DNA from: an uncultured Cellvibrio sp.
GTDB taxonomy: Bacteria; Pseudomonadota; Gammaproteobacteria; Pseudomonadales; Cellvibrionaceae
Assembly: GCA_965652595.1 (NCBI GenBank)
Contig: CBFGWO010000004.1
Location: forward strand, 3,221-67,220
Direction of reading: 5' to 3'
DNA: 64,000 nucleotides
Positions 53,769-63,503 of the stretch are shown in pieces; the first letter of the stretch is position 1; each line of letters begins with the position of its first letter. The translations under genes were made by a program, and so were the position numbers. The notes below the pieces were generated by a model. It ran no database searches and had not been told where the DNA came from. It was given only the letters and a program-made list of their open reading frames with translations.

Positions 53769-55211
53769 ATGTGGCGCACCAATAAAGTATTAGTAATCAA
53801 TGACAATGCCGATCATCGCCAACACCTGAAGATTCTTCTCGACTTTCTCGATGAAAATACCCTTGTCAGCAACTCCGTTGACTGGTCTTCCCAGGTGGCA
53901 GGTGAGTCGGTAGAGGACTATGTCGGGGTTTTTTTGGGTGATTTTTCCGCATCCAACCAGTCGCTGGTGGCGCTGCTCAAGGCGATTCGCCAATGGAGTG
54001 ACGAGCTGCCGGTAATTCTGGTTGGTAGCCAACAAGGGCTGGAAGACGGTCTTGAGGACAGCTACCGCCATATGGTGATTGCCAATCTCGCCATGCCGCC
54101 TACTTACAACAAACTGCTGGATACCCTGCACCGCGCCCAGCTATATCGCGAAGCCCAGAGTGTGAGCAAACGTCAGCCCCTGCGCAGGCCAGTGCATCTT
54201 TTTCGTAGCCTGGTGGGCACCAGCCGCGAAATTCAGAACGTGCGAGAAATCATGGCTCAGGTGGCCGATAAGGATGTGTCTGTATTGATTACCGGTGAAT
54301 CCGGTACGGGCAAGGAAGTGGTCGCGCGCAACCTGCATTACAACTCACCGCGCCGCGACAAACCCTTTGTGCCGGTGAACTGCGGCGCTATTCCTGCTGA
54401 ATTGCTTGAAAGTGAACTTTTTGGCCACGAGAAAGGCGCTTTTACCGGTGCGATTAACTCCCGCGCCGGGCGTTTTGAGTTGGCCGAGGGAGGCACACTG
54501 TTCCTCGATGAAATTGGCGATATGCCACTTAACATGCAAGTAAAGATTTTGCGGGTGTTGCAGGAGCGCTGTTTTGAGCGGGTGGGCAGCAACAAAACCC
54601 AGCCCGTTGATGTACGTATTATTGCCGCGACTCACCGCAACCTTGAAGCCATGATCACCGAGGGCACTTTTCGCGAAGACCTTTACTACCGGCTCAATGT
54701 TTTCCCCATCGAACTGCCGTCACTCAAAGATCGCTCAGAGGATATTCCACTGCTGATTAACGAATTGGTTTCGCGTATGGAAAGCGAGCAGCGCGGCTCT
54801 ATTCGTTTTAATTCGGCGGCAATTTTATCGCTTTGCCAACACGAATGGTCGGGCAACGTGCGCGAGCTGGCCAACCTGGTGGAGCGCATGGCCATCATGC
54901 ATCCTTATGGTGTGATTGGCGTGCAGGATTTGCCGGTAAAATATCGTCACGTGGATGCCAACGATGAGGAGTTTATGCCAGCGGTGGCGCAAAAAATAAA
55001 TGGCGGTGCCACCTACGTTAGCCTTAACGACACACCACTCTTGCCGGAGCAGGGGATAGATTTACGCGAGTATATTAACAATCTGGAAATGAGCCTGATT
55101 CAACAGGCGCTGAATGATTGTGGCGGGGTGGTGGCACGGGCGGCCGATAAGTTACAAGTGCGCCGTACCACCTTGGTCGAAAAAATGCGCAAATACGATA
55201 TGCAGCGCTGA
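53769..55211 (+). CDS. fleQ: Sigma-54-dependent flagellar master regulator FleQ/FlrA
   Basis: 480 aa. [29 protein letters not shown] resembles the P. aeruginosa FleQ N-terminus. It has an AAA+ domain with GESGTGKEV and GAFTGA, and a C-terminal Fis-type HTH. Confidence 0.9.
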   Translation: MWRTNKVLVINDNADHRQHLKILLDFLDENTLVSNSVDWSSQVAGESVEDYVGVFLGDFSASNQSLVALLKAIRQWSDELPVILVGSQQGLEDGLEDSYRHMVIANLAMPPTYNKLLDTLHRAQLYREAQSVSKRQPLRRPVHLFRSLVGTSREIQNVREIMAQVADKDVSVLITGESGTGKEVVARNLHYNSPRRDKPFVPVNCGAIPAELLESELFGHEKGAFTGAINSRAGRFELAEGGTLFLDEIGDMPLNMQVKILRVLQERCFERVGSNKTQPVDVRIIAATHRNLEAMITEGTFREDLYYRLNVFPIELPSLKDRSEDIPLLINELVSRMESEQRGSIRFNSAAILSLCQHEWSGNVRELANLVERMAIMHPYGVIGVQDLPVKYRHVDANDEEFMPAVAQKINGGATYVSLNDTPLLPEQGIDLREYINNLEMSLIQQALNDCGGVVARAADKLQVRRTTLVEKMRKYDMQR

Positions 55212-55226
55212 ATCATCATTCAGCGC
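55205..55226. terminator. Shared hairpin spanning the convergent fleQ and rhlE stop codons
   Basis: GCGCTGAAT-CATC-ATTCAGCGC. The fleQ TGA (55209-55211) and the rhlE stop (55220-55222, minus strand) both lie inside the stem-loop. There is no U tract. Confidence 0.5.
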
Positions 55227-56638
55227 GAATAACTCCTCGCCGCTGCCGAATTGCCCGCGCTGCCTGATCGGCGTTGGGTGTTGTTGCCCGGCTTGCCATT
55301 TCCACCACTGCGCTGTCCACTCGGTTTGGCGTTTGCGCTGCTTTTGTTACCCGCCGAGGCACTTTTTGCTGGCCTTTGGCCATTGCTGCCGCCGCGATTA
55401 CTGCTGTTGTTTCTACCGCTGTGATTCCTGCCACCGCCTGCACCACGTCCCAGCGTCGTGTTGCGCCCAAGCACGATGGGTTCAGGCCTGATGCTCGGGT
55501 CTGGTTCAAAGCCGGGAATGATTTTTTGTTCAATGTCGCGCTTGATCAATTTTTCGATATCGCGCAAAAACTTGTGCTCATCCACACACACCAGTGAAAT
55601 GGCTTCGCCTTCGCACTCGGCGCGGCCGGTGCGGCCAATACGATGCACATAATCTTCCGGCACATTGGGCAATTCATAGTTAACCACATGGGGTAGTTGC
55701 TCGATATCAATGCCGCGTGCGGCAATATCGGTGGCAACTAACACACGAATAGAACCCTTTTTAAAATCCGCCAGGGCTTTGGTGCGTGCGCCTTGGCTCT
55801 TATTGCCATGAATCGCCGCAGCACTGATGCCGTCTTGCAACAATTGTTCGGTGAGTTTGTTGGCGCCGTGTTTGGTGCGGGTAAACACCAGCACCTGCTG
55901 CCAGTTGCCGCGTCCGATCAGGTAGCTCAGTAATTCGCGCTTGCGATTGCGGTCCACGGGATGAATACATTGCTCAACACGCTCGGAGGCGGTATTGCGG
56001 CGCGCCACTTCGATCAACACCGGCTGATTTAGCAGCTTGTCGGCGAGCGCGCGAATTTCATCGGAGAAGGTGGCGGAAAAGAGCAGGTTCTGGCGTTGCT
56101 TGGGCAGTAATGCCAGCACTTTTTTAATGTCGTGGATAAAACCCATGTCCAGCATGCGATCGGCTTCATCCAGCACCAGGGTTTCTACTTCACGCAGCGA
56201 TACAGCGTTTTGCTGTACCAGATCCAGCAAGCGGCCGGGTGTGGCCACGAGAATATCCACACCGCCGCGCAGCTGCATCATCTGCGGGTTAATGCTAACG
56301 CCGCCAAAAACCACGCAGGCTTTGATGGGCAAAAATTTTCCGTAGGTGCGCACGCTTTCGTAAACCTGGGCGGCGAGTTCGCGGGTGGGCGTGAGAATCA
56401 GCGCGCGCACCGGGCGACGCCCGTTAATGCGTTGGGTTTCTGCGCGGGAAAGTTTTTCCAGCAGGGGCAGGGTAAAACCAGCAGTTTTGCCAGTGCCTGT
56501 TTGGGCGGCGGCGAGGATGTCGCCTCCGGCCAGTACGGCGGGAATGGCTTGTGCCTGAATGGGAGTCGGGGCGCTGTAACCTTCATCGGCAATAGCGCGC
56601 AGAATATCGGCCCGCAAGCCGAGTTGATCAAAAGACAT
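55220..56638 (-). CDS. rhlE: DEAD-box ATP-dependent RNA helicase (RhlE-like) with a Gly/Arg/Asn/Ser-rich tail
   Basis: 472 aa from the ATG at 56638. [28 protein letters not shown] (Q motif), [15 protein letters not shown] and HRIGRTGRA motifs are present. Confidence 0.92.
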   Translation of the reverse strand: MSFDQLGLRADILRAIADEGYSAPTPIQAQAIPAVLAGGDILAAAQTGTGKTAGFTLPLLEKLSRAETQRINGRRPVRALILTPTRELAAQVYESVRTYGKFLPIKACVVFGGVSINPQMMQLRGGVDILVATPGRLLDLVQQNAVSLREVETLVLDEADRMLDMGFIHDIKKVLALLPKQRQNLLFSATFSDEIRALADKLLNQPVLIEVARRNTASERVEQCIHPVDRNRKRELLSYLIGRGNWQQVLVFTRTKHGANKLTEQLLQDGISAAAIHGNKSQGARTKALADFKKGSIRVLVATDIAARGIDIEQLPHVVNYELPNVPEDYVHRIGRTGRAECEGEAISLVCVDEHKFLRDIEKLIKRDIEQKIIPGFEPDPSIRPEPIVLGRNTTLGRGAGGGRNHSGRNNSSNRGGSNGQRPAKSASAGNKSSANAKPSGQRSGGNGKPGNNTQRRSGSAGNSAAARSYSR

Positions 56639-56841
56639 AGAGGATTTCCTGTGGCTCCGGCCACCCATCACAGTGGGTACGGTCTGGCGGAGCAAAAGAG
56701 TCGCAGACAAACGCCTTTGGCCAGGCTGCGAAAGAGAAGGGAGATGCCGACCGAGGTGCATCCTGGCGCGCACTATACAGGCGGTGCGCGCAAACCACCA
56801 CAAATAGTTTTGTCGGTCATCTCCTCTTGTCTTGGTGAGGT

Positions 56842-57822
56842 TTAGCGCGGGCCGCGAATATGGGCGCTAACCTGCTGCTGATAAAACGCCGCAAGACCTT
56901 GGTGGCAGTCGGGGTTCAGTGGTGGTAACTCGCTCACACTGGCATTTTCCACCACCTGACTGGGACGGCTGGCACCAGTAATGACACTGGTAACCGATGG
57001 CTGATCGAGAATCCAGCGCATGGCAAATTGCGCCATGCTCATGCCGTCGGGTACAAAAGGTCTAAGTTGTTCCACCAATTCCAGCGCCTTGGGAAAGGGA
57101 ATGCCTGAAAAGGTTTCGCCCACACTAAAGGCGGCACCGTCGCGGTTGTAGTGGCGATGGTCCTCGGGAGCGAATTGCTGCCGGGCGGTCATTTTGCCCG
57201 CCAGTACGCCGCTGGCGAGAGGTAAGCGCACGATAATGCCGACCTTATGGGTTTCCGCCAAAGGAAACAGCTGCTCTATGTGATCCTGGCGAAAGAGATT
57301 GAAAATCGTCTGTATCGCGGTAACGCTCGGATGGGCAACCACAAATCTGGCTTCCGCCAGGGTTTCGACGCTGACGCCCAGGGCGCGAATCAACCCCTCC
57401 TGTTGAAAATCTTCCATCCAGGCCAACAAATCGCCTGCCATCAGCACATCGGTGGGGACGCAGTGGAGTTGTGCCAGGTCCAGCGACTCAACGCCCAGGC
57501 GTTCGGCTGAGGCTTGCAGGGAGGCTTTTACCTTGGCTTTGGTGTAGCCGTCGGGGTAGAGCTCGCCATTGCGTCCCACCTTGGTGGCTATCACCCGTGA
57601 GCGCGGGTGGGTTTTGCAGAAGGCGCCCAGGCGGCTTTCGCTCAATCCAGCGCCATAGACATCCGCCGTATCCCAAAAGTTGATGCCCGCCTCATCGGCA
57701 GCAGCGAGTATGGCCTGGGCGCGATCCTCTTCGATTTGACCGAAGTCTCCGCCCAGTTGCCAGCAGCCCAGGCCAATTTCCGAGAGCACATAGCCGCTTT
57801 TACCAAGAATTCGGGTTTTCAT
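56842..57822 (-). CDS. Aldo/keto reductase family oxidoreductase
   Basis: 326 aa from the ATG at 57822, with AGGAGA upstream. Contains [25 protein letters not shown] and FWDTADVYG motifs. Confidence 0.88.
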   Translation of the reverse strand: MKTRILGKSGYVLSEIGLGCWQLGGDFGQIEEDRAQAILAAADEAGINFWDTADVYGAGLSESRLGAFCKTHPRSRVIATKVGRNGELYPDGYTKAKVKASLQASAERLGVESLDLAQLHCVPTDVLMAGDLLAWMEDFQQEGLIRALGVSVETLAEARFVVAHPSVTAIQTIFNLFRQDHIEQLFPLAETHKVGIIVRLPLASGVLAGKMTARQQFAPEDHRHYNRDGAAFSVGETFSGIPFPKALELVEQLRPFVPDGMSMAQFAMRWILDQPSVTSVITGASRPSQVVENASVSELPPLNPDCHQGLAAFYQQQVSAHIRGPR

Positions 57823-58022
57823 AGAGGATCTCCTGCTGTTTAAAAGCCGCCAGTCTAGCGATTTCGGTCTTGGGGTCGGTAATCCACTGGCTAATGATTT
57901 GTTAAGGCCGGTATTCCGGCGCTTGGCATTTTTGGCTTTTTGGCAGCTACAGATCGCCAAGTTTTTGACCTCGGGTGAGTGTGCCTAAATCTAAGTCTAT
58001 GAAAATAAACAAGAATTTTTAT

Positions 58023-58038
58023 TGGCATTGGCTTTGCA
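58023..58038 (+). promoter_or_regulatory. Sigma-54 promoter of fleSR
   Basis: TGGCATTGGCTTTGCA is a perfect TGGCAY-N5-TTGCA match, 80 nt upstream of the fleS ATG at 58118. It overlaps the ORF-track start at 58022, which argues against that start. Confidence 0.8.
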
Positions 58039-58117
58039 AAGTTGCTCCCAGAGTCTCGTGTACCGCTGGATGTTTGGCGGAACGGGAGAGAGCCATTTGC
58101 CGACCGAGGTTTTTCCC

Positions 58118-59359
58118 ATGCCCCAGTACAGCTCAGTCGCGACCGCCAGCCGCGCTAACGGCCAGGCCAATTTGGCCATGCCGGGCCTGGCGCCAGGACA
58201 GGATTTGCGCGAGGCCTTTGAGCTGTTCAACCAGATGTCGCGCCAGTTGGCCGAGTCCTATACCACGCTGGAAAACCGTGTCGCCGAGTTGAACCAGGAG
58301 CTGAGCAGCGTTGCCAGCAAGCGTTTACAGGAGCTGGCTGAAAAAGAACAGCTGGCCAATCGCCTCGAAAGCCTGATCAATTTTCTTCCCGGTGGTGTGG
58401 TGGTGCTGGATTCCAGCGGTCGGGTGTCGGAGGCCAATCCGGCTGCCACCGAACTTCTGGGTGAGCCTCTGGAGGGCGAGGTTTGGCGCGAGGTTATCAA
58501 ACGCAGCTTTGCTCCTCGCCAGGATGATGGTCACGAGGTTTCGCTGCGCGATGGTAGGCGCATCAGTATTGCCACACGCAATCTCGGTGTTGATGGCCAA
58601 ATTATTTTGCTAACCGATCAAACCGAAACGCGCCGCTTGCAAGGTGAGTTGAGTCGCCATGAACGTCTTTCGGCCCTGGGCAAAATGATGTCGGCCCTGG
58701 CCCACCAGATTCGCACGCCTTTATCGGCAGCCATGCTTTACGCCGGGCATCTGTGTCAGGGCTCGCTGGATGAAGCGCGTCGCCAACAGTTTTCCGAAAA
58801 AATCTATAACCGCCTTAACCATATCGAACATCAGGTGCAGGACATGCTGTTGTTTGTGAAAGGCGAGTTGCAGCTGCGCGATCTGGTTAGTCTGGGTCAG
58901 TTGCAGGAGGCCTTGAGCGAAGCCATGGAAGTTCCGCTGATGACATCCCAGTCGGAATGTGTGTGGGTGAATCAGGCCCGTGAAGCCTATATCGAATGCA
59001 ATCGCGAGGCGTTGATTGGCGCACTCTTGAATTTAGTGAACAACGCTATTCAGGCGGTAGAAAAACAAGCGCAGCTGCGCATTGAATTTACCCTGTTTGA
59101 CGCCACTGACACTACCGACAAAAAATCTGATCCGCAGTTGTTGATTCGTGTGTGTGATGCCGGGCCAGGTATCGCGCCGGAAATTCTCGCCAGCGCGGGC
59201 GATCTTTTTGTTACCACCAAAGCCCAGGGGACAGGTCTGGGGTTAGCGGTGGTGCAAGCTGTTGTGCGCGCCCACGGCGGTCGTTTTGTTTTGCAATCTG
59301 AATTGGGGCGCGGCACCTGCGCCAATATCTTTTTACCCCTTGCCCAACTCACTCAATAG
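58118..59359 (+). CDS. fleS: Flagellar two-component sensor histidine kinase FleS/FlrB (cytoplasmic, PAS-HisKA-HATPase)
   Basis: 413 aa with no TM segment. Has a PAS-like region, an H-box (LSALGKMMSALAHQIRTPLS), an N-box (LLNLVNNAIQA) and a G-box (GTGLGLAV). Confidence 0.88.
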   Translation: MPQYSSVATASRANGQANLAMPGLAPGQDLREAFELFNQMSRQLAESYTTLENRVAELNQELSSVASKRLQELAEKEQLANRLESLINFLPGGVVVLDSSGRVSEANPAATELLGEPLEGEVWREVIKRSFAPRQDDGHEVSLRDGRRISIATRNLGVDGQIILLTDQTETRRLQGELSRHERLSALGKMMSALAHQIRTPLSAAMLYAGHLCQGSLDEARRQQFSEKIYNRLNHIEHQVQDMLLFVKGELQLRDLVSLGQLQEALSEAMEVPLMTSQSECVWVNQAREAYIECNREALIGALLNLVNNAIQAVEKQAQLRIEFTLFDATDTTDKKSDPQLLIRVCDAGPGIAPEILASAGDLFVTTKAQGTGLGLAVVQAVVRAHGGRFVLQSELGRGTCANIFLPLAQLTQ

Positions 59360-59384
59360 TCGTTCTTTGAGACGCGGAGGAAAC

Positions 59385-60929
59385 ATGGCCCTGGCAGCCC
59401 AACTAAACCCCGGTGATAACGGTATTCGCATTCTGGTGGTTGAAGATGACACCAATTTGCGTGAAGCCCTGTGCGACACCTTGCAGCTGGCGGAGTACCA
59501 GGTGCTGGTGGCCAGCAGTGGCGAGGAAGCCCTGGGCCTGATCGAGCGTCATCCGGATGTGCGTATGATAGTGTCCGATGTGAACATGGGTGGCATGAGC
59601 GGCCATGATTTGCTGCGCGAAGTTAAAAAATCCCACGCACAAATTCCGGTGCTGCTAATTACCGCCTACGCCAGTATTAGCGAATCGGTAGAGGCGATGA
59701 AGCAGGGCGCCGTGGATTATCTGGTTAAACCCTTTGCGCCGCGCACGCTGATTGAAACCGTGGGGCGCCATGTGGGTATGTTTCACTCCAGTGATGATGA
59801 TCCGGTGGCTGAAGCACCTTCGAGCCGCCAATTGCTGGTGTTGGCGCAACGTGTTGCGCAATCGGATTCCACGGTGTTGATTGTGGGTGAGTCAGGTACG
59901 GGTAAAGAAGTGCTCGCCCGCTATGTGCACAACCATTCCTCCCGTCGTCATCAGCCGTTCGTCGCGATTAACTGTGCCGCCATTCCCGAAAATATGCTCG
60001 AAGCCATGCTCTTTGGTCACGAAAAGGGTGCTTACACCGGTGCTCATACCAGCGCACCGGGCAAATTCGAACAGGCCAACGGCGGCACCTTGTTGCTCGA
60101 TGAAATTTCCGAAATGGATATTGGCCTGCAAGCAAAATTGCTGCGGGTGTTGCAGGAGCGCGAAGTGGAGCGCCTGGGCGGGCGCAAAACCATCAAGCTG
60201 GATGTGCGGGTGATCGCCACCTCCAACCGCGATATGCGCAGCGAAGTCGCCGCAGGAAAATTCCGCGAAGACCTTTATTACCGTTTGAGTGTGTTGCCGT
60301 TGCAGTGGTCACCGCTGCGCGAGCGTTTGGAAGATATTATTCCACTCGCACAAAAAGTGTTGCAAAAACACACCCGCAAGCAAAATCGTCGCGCGGTGAG
60401 CTTGTCACTTTCTGCGCAGCAGGCGCTGCTCAGTTATCCCTGGCCCGGCAATGTGCGCGAGCTGGATAACGTTATGCAGCGCGCGCTGATTCTCCAAACA
60501 GGGTCGGAAATTCACGCCCAGGATTTGGGGCTGGAGGCGGACACGGTGCTGAGTCAAAAATCGGATTTGGCAGCGGTCAGTCGTCAATTGCCTGGCGAAC
60601 GCTTGTCGTCCACTAGACCCCAGGAAGTGGCTGCGATGGAGAGCTTGAATACCGAAAGTAAAGGCATTGATTGGCGACCCACCCAGGGGCTGAGCGTTGC
60701 CCACTTTGATGCGCAACACATCATGATTGCCAATCCGCAGTATCCAGGGTCAACCGGTGCGCAGCTGGGCAATGATCTCAAACAGCGCGAATATGAAATT
60801 ATTATGAATACCCTGCGCCAAGAGCGGGGCAGCCGCAAAAACACCGCCGAAAAACTGGGCATAAGCCCGCGCACACTGCGCTACAAAATTGCGCGCTTGC
60901 GCGAGGAAGGATTTGCGATCACTGAGTGA
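59385..60929 (+). CDS. fleR: Sigma-54-dependent response regulator FleR/FlrC
   Basis: 514 aa from the ATG at 59385, with GGAGG upstream. Has a REC domain (ILVVEDD...VSDVNMGGMSG), an AAA+ domain ([15 protein letters not shown]) and a C-terminal HTH (AEKLGISPRTLRYKI). Confidence 0.9.
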   Translation: MALAAQLNPGDNGIRILVVEDDTNLREALCDTLQLAEYQVLVASSGEEALGLIERHPDVRMIVSDVNMGGMSGHDLLREVKKSHAQIPVLLITAYASISESVEAMKQGAVDYLVKPFAPRTLIETVGRHVGMFHSSDDDPVAEAPSSRQLLVLAQRVAQSDSTVLIVGESGTGKEVLARYVHNHSSRRHQPFVAINCAAIPENMLEAMLFGHEKGAYTGAHTSAPGKFEQANGGTLLLDEISEMDIGLQAKLLRVLQEREVERLGGRKTIKLDVRVIATSNRDMRSEVAAGKFREDLYYRLSVLPLQWSPLRERLEDIIPLAQKVLQKHTRKQNRRAVSLSLSAQQALLSYPWPGNVRELDNVMQRALILQTGSEIHAQDLGLEADTVLSQKSDLAAVSRQLPGERLSSTRPQEVAAMESLNTESKGIDWRPTQGLSVAHFDAQHIMIANPQYPGSTGAQLGNDLKQREYEIIMNTLRQERGSRKNTAEKLGISPRTLRYKIARLREEGFAITE

Positions 60930-61136
60930 TCAGTTTTCAGCGGCCAGGCTGAAATCAAACTCGCAAATTTCTTTTGCCAGTTGCCGTTGTTCCCGCCGCA
61001 GTTCCAGCTGACGGCGGCATTCCATAATGCGTTTTATACGCTGACCCTTTTGCTGCTGAACCGCAAGTTCAGCAGCAAAACTATTCATTGCATAGTCCAG
61101 TACGCCTTCCTGTTGTGCCATCGCTAATTCACGCAT
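60930..61136 (-). CDS. Hypothetical 68-aa helical protein, convergent with fleR and divergent from fliE
   Basis: The ATG at 61136 has GGAGG 7 nt upstream. The sequence is MRELAMAQQEGVLDYAMNSFAAELAVQQQKGQRIKRIMECRRQLELRREQRQLAKEICEFDFSLAAEN, and the codons look gene-like. I recognise no family for it. Confidence 0.5.
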   Translation of the reverse strand: MRELAMAQQEGVLDYAMNSFAAELAVQQQKGQRIKRIMECRRQLELRREQRQLAKEICEFDFSLAAEN

Positions 61137-61233
61137 TCGACAACCTCCAAAGAGCCAGGGTTTTATCTGGCCAGCACTCTAGCCTGCGCGTGTGACACTT
61201 GAGTGAAGGCAAGAGCTTGCCGACGGCAAACAT

Positions 61234-61249
61234 TGGCCTGCTTTGTGCA
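61234..61249 (+). promoter_or_regulatory. Sigma-54 promoter of fliEFG
   Basis: TGGCCTGCTTTGTGCA has correct GG/GC spacing and lies about 105 nt upstream of the fliE ATG. Confidence 0.65.
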
Positions 61250-61352
61250 AAGTTCACGCTAGCGCCGGTTTCACACCAAAACTGCCAAATTATTGTCGTG
61301 TGATGCGGGCGAACGAATGACTAGGCTCCTGGAAAAAAATGAGATAACAGCC

Positions 61353-61730
61353 ATGACAGATCGTGTTGATATCAGTCGGTTACTCGTGGAAATGCGCAGC
61401 CTTAAAGCGCAAACCCAGGCGTTTCAGCGCCCTCAGGGTTTGGGGCCAGCGGAACTCAATGCCGGACGGGGTTTGGGTACCCAGGCTACCGAAGGTGTCA
61501 AAAAAGTACCGGGCTTTGGCGAAGTGATGAGCCAAGCGATTAACAAGGTAAATGATGTGCAAAAAGCCTCGTCGGCGATGCAAACCGCTTATGAACAGGG
61601 CGTGCCCGGTGTGGACATCACCGATGTGATGATTGCCTCGCAGAAGGCGTCAGTGTCTTTTCAAGCCATGGTTCAGGTGCGCAACAAGCTGGTTGAAGCC
61701 TACCGTGACGTTATGAACATGCCCATCTAA
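61353..61730 (+). CDS. fliE: Flagellar hook-basal body complex protein FliE
   Basis: 125 aa from the ATG at 61353. The C-terminal [35 protein letters not shown] is the FliE signature. Confidence 0.9.
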   Translation: MTDRVDISRLLVEMRSLKAQTQAFQRPQGLGPAELNAGRGLGTQATEGVKKVPGFGEVMSQAINKVNDVQKASSAMQTAYEQGVPGVDITDVMIASQKASVSFQAMVQVRNKLVEAYRDVMNMPI

Positions 61731-61752
61731 CCAATAATCAACAGGTGTTGTT

Positions 61753-63453
61753 ATGGCCGCTGCTGATCTTGCAACTTCCTCCAATGCTCCCGCCCGTCGT
61801 GGCCTGGGCGGCGATCTGGTAGAGGGTTTCAGCAATCTGAATTTACTGCGCCAGGCGGGTTTGATGCTGGGCCTGGCAGCGAGCGTTGCCATAGGCGTCG
61901 CTGTTGCCTTTTGGACAGTGGGAGATGATTACCGTCCGCTCTACGGTCGCATGGACAATATGGATGCGGCACTGGTGGTGGATCTACTCGACCAGCAACG
62001 CATCAAGTACAAACTCGATCCCAATACCGGCACTGTGCTGGTTGCTGCTGATGACGTTCATATTGCGCGACTTAAGCTGGCCGAAGCGGGTATTCCGGGT
62101 AAAACCGATATGGGCTTTGAGTTGATGGATCAGGAGCAGCCCCTGGGCACCAGCCAGTTTATCGAGAACACGCGCTATCACCGGGGGCTCGAAGGCGAGC
62201 TGGCACGCACCATTACCAGCATCACCAGTATTCGCAGCGCCCGCGTCCACTTGGCGCTGCCCAAGCGTTCGGTGTTTGTGCGGGACGCGCGCAAACCTAC
62301 CGCGTCGGTGTTTGTTGAGGTATTTGCGGGGCGTTCGGTAGATCCGGTTCAGGTCAAAGCCATTGCCAATCTGGTGGCCTCAAGTATCCCTGAATTGGAT
62401 CCCAAGGATGTCACTGTGGTGGATCAGCGCGGCAACCTGCTGTCGACCGGCGAGGAAAGCCAGGATTTGCTGCTGGCCAACAAGCAGCGCGACTATGCGC
62501 GCACGGTGGAAGATGCCTTGGTCAAGCGTGTGCAGGGGATTCTGGAACCCGTGGTGGGCGCGGGTAAATTCCGCGCCGAAATCAGCGCCGACATTGACTT
62601 TACCGCCATCGAGCAAGCCGCTGAAACCTTCAACCCCGACTTGCCTGCGGTGCGCAGTGAACAACTGGTGAATGAAGAGCGCTCTGGTGGAGATCTGGCG
62701 GGCGGTATTCCCGGTGCCCTGACCAACCAACCGCCGGGAACCACAACCCAGGTACCCGAGCAAATAGACCCGGCGACTGGCCAACCGGTTGGACAACAAC
62801 CGCCGCGCAATACCCGTGAGCAGGCGACGCGCAATTTTGAGCTGGATCGCACCATTAGCTATACCCGCCATCAGCAGGGCACGCTCAAACGCCTGACCGT
62901 TGCCGTGGTGGTGGACGACAAGCTTGTTCAGGCAGCTGACGGCACTGAAACCCGTGAACCCTGGACAGACAACGAACTTGAGCGCCTGAGTATTCTGGTG
63001 AGGGATGCGGTGGGTTATTCGGCCGTGCGTGGCGACAGTGTGAATATCCTCAATACGCCGTTCCAGATGCGCGACGAGGCCCCCACCGAGATGGCTGAAG
63101 CGCCCTGGTGGGAGGTGTGGATTATCCCCAACATGAAGTACCTGGCCGGTGCCATCATCATTCTTGCGCTAATCTTTGGGTTGCTGCTCCCTGTTGCGCG
63201 GGCCTTGGCCCGCACCGGTGGCAGTGTTTCCGAGCAGGAAGAGGCGCGCCAACTGGCCGCATTGGAAGCCGCAGGCCTGGGGTACGAGGGTTTATCTGAT
63301 GAAACGGTGACCCTCACCGGCGGCAGTTCGTTGATGCTGCCCGGCCCGGAGCAGGGCTATGAGCAACAGCTCAACGCCATCAAGGGGTTGATCGCCGATG
63401 ATCCCGGTCGCGTCGCCCAGGTGGTCAAGAGCTGGATTAACAAAGACGAGTAA
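61753..63453 (+). CDS. fliF: Flagellar M-ring protein FliF
   Basis: 566 aa. It has an N-terminal TM helix and LYGRMDNMDAALVVDLLDQQRIKYKL, and LEGELARTITSITSIRSARVHLALP. A second TM helix lies near the C-terminus. Confidence 0.95.
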   Translation: MAAADLATSSNAPARRGLGGDLVEGFSNLNLLRQAGLMLGLAASVAIGVAVAFWTVGDDYRPLYGRMDNMDAALVVDLLDQQRIKYKLDPNTGTVLVAADDVHIARLKLAEAGIPGKTDMGFELMDQEQPLGTSQFIENTRYHRGLEGELARTITSITSIRSARVHLALPKRSVFVRDARKPTASVFVEVFAGRSVDPVQVKAIANLVASSIPELDPKDVTVVDQRGNLLSTGEESQDLLLANKQRDYARTVEDALVKRVQGILEPVVGAGKFRAEISADIDFTAIEQAAETFNPDLPAVRSEQLVNEERSGGDLAGGIPGALTNQPPGTTTQVPEQIDPATGQPVGQQPPRNTREQATRNFELDRTISYTRHQQGTLKRLTVAVVVDDKLVQAADGTETREPWTDNELERLSILVRDAVGYSAVRGDSVNILNTPFQMRDEAPTEMAEAPWWEVWIIPNMKYLAGAIIILALIFGLLLPVARALARTGGSVSEQEEARQLAALEAAGLGYEGLSDETVTLTGGSSLMLPGPEQGYEQQLNAIKGLIADDPGRVAQVVKSWINKDE

Positions 63454-63503
63454 GTGACAACTCGAGTTAAGTAAAAAATTGAGTAATTAGCGAGTAGCGC
63501 ACC

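Noticed and set aside
58022-58117. N-terminal extensions in the ORF track for fleS. Similar extensions occur for trpB, cvpA, nqrA, nqrC, nqrE, nqrM, comEA, manC, fliS, the FliT-like ORF, rhlE, the aldo/keto reductase, fleR, fliE and the 105-aa acidic ORF.
   Set aside because: The extensions lack an RBS, overlap upstream genes or promoters (58022 overlaps the sigma-54 element itself), and do not match homolog N-termini. Internal starts with good SD spacing were used instead.
60935-60954. The hairpin TTTCAGC-GGCCAG-GCTGAAA just after the fleR stop, as a possible fleR terminator that would argue against the 68-aa ORF.
   Set aside because: The stem is only 7 bp with no U tract on either strand. 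It is insufficient either to call a terminator or to dismiss the ORF. I note it as a caveat on that ORF.
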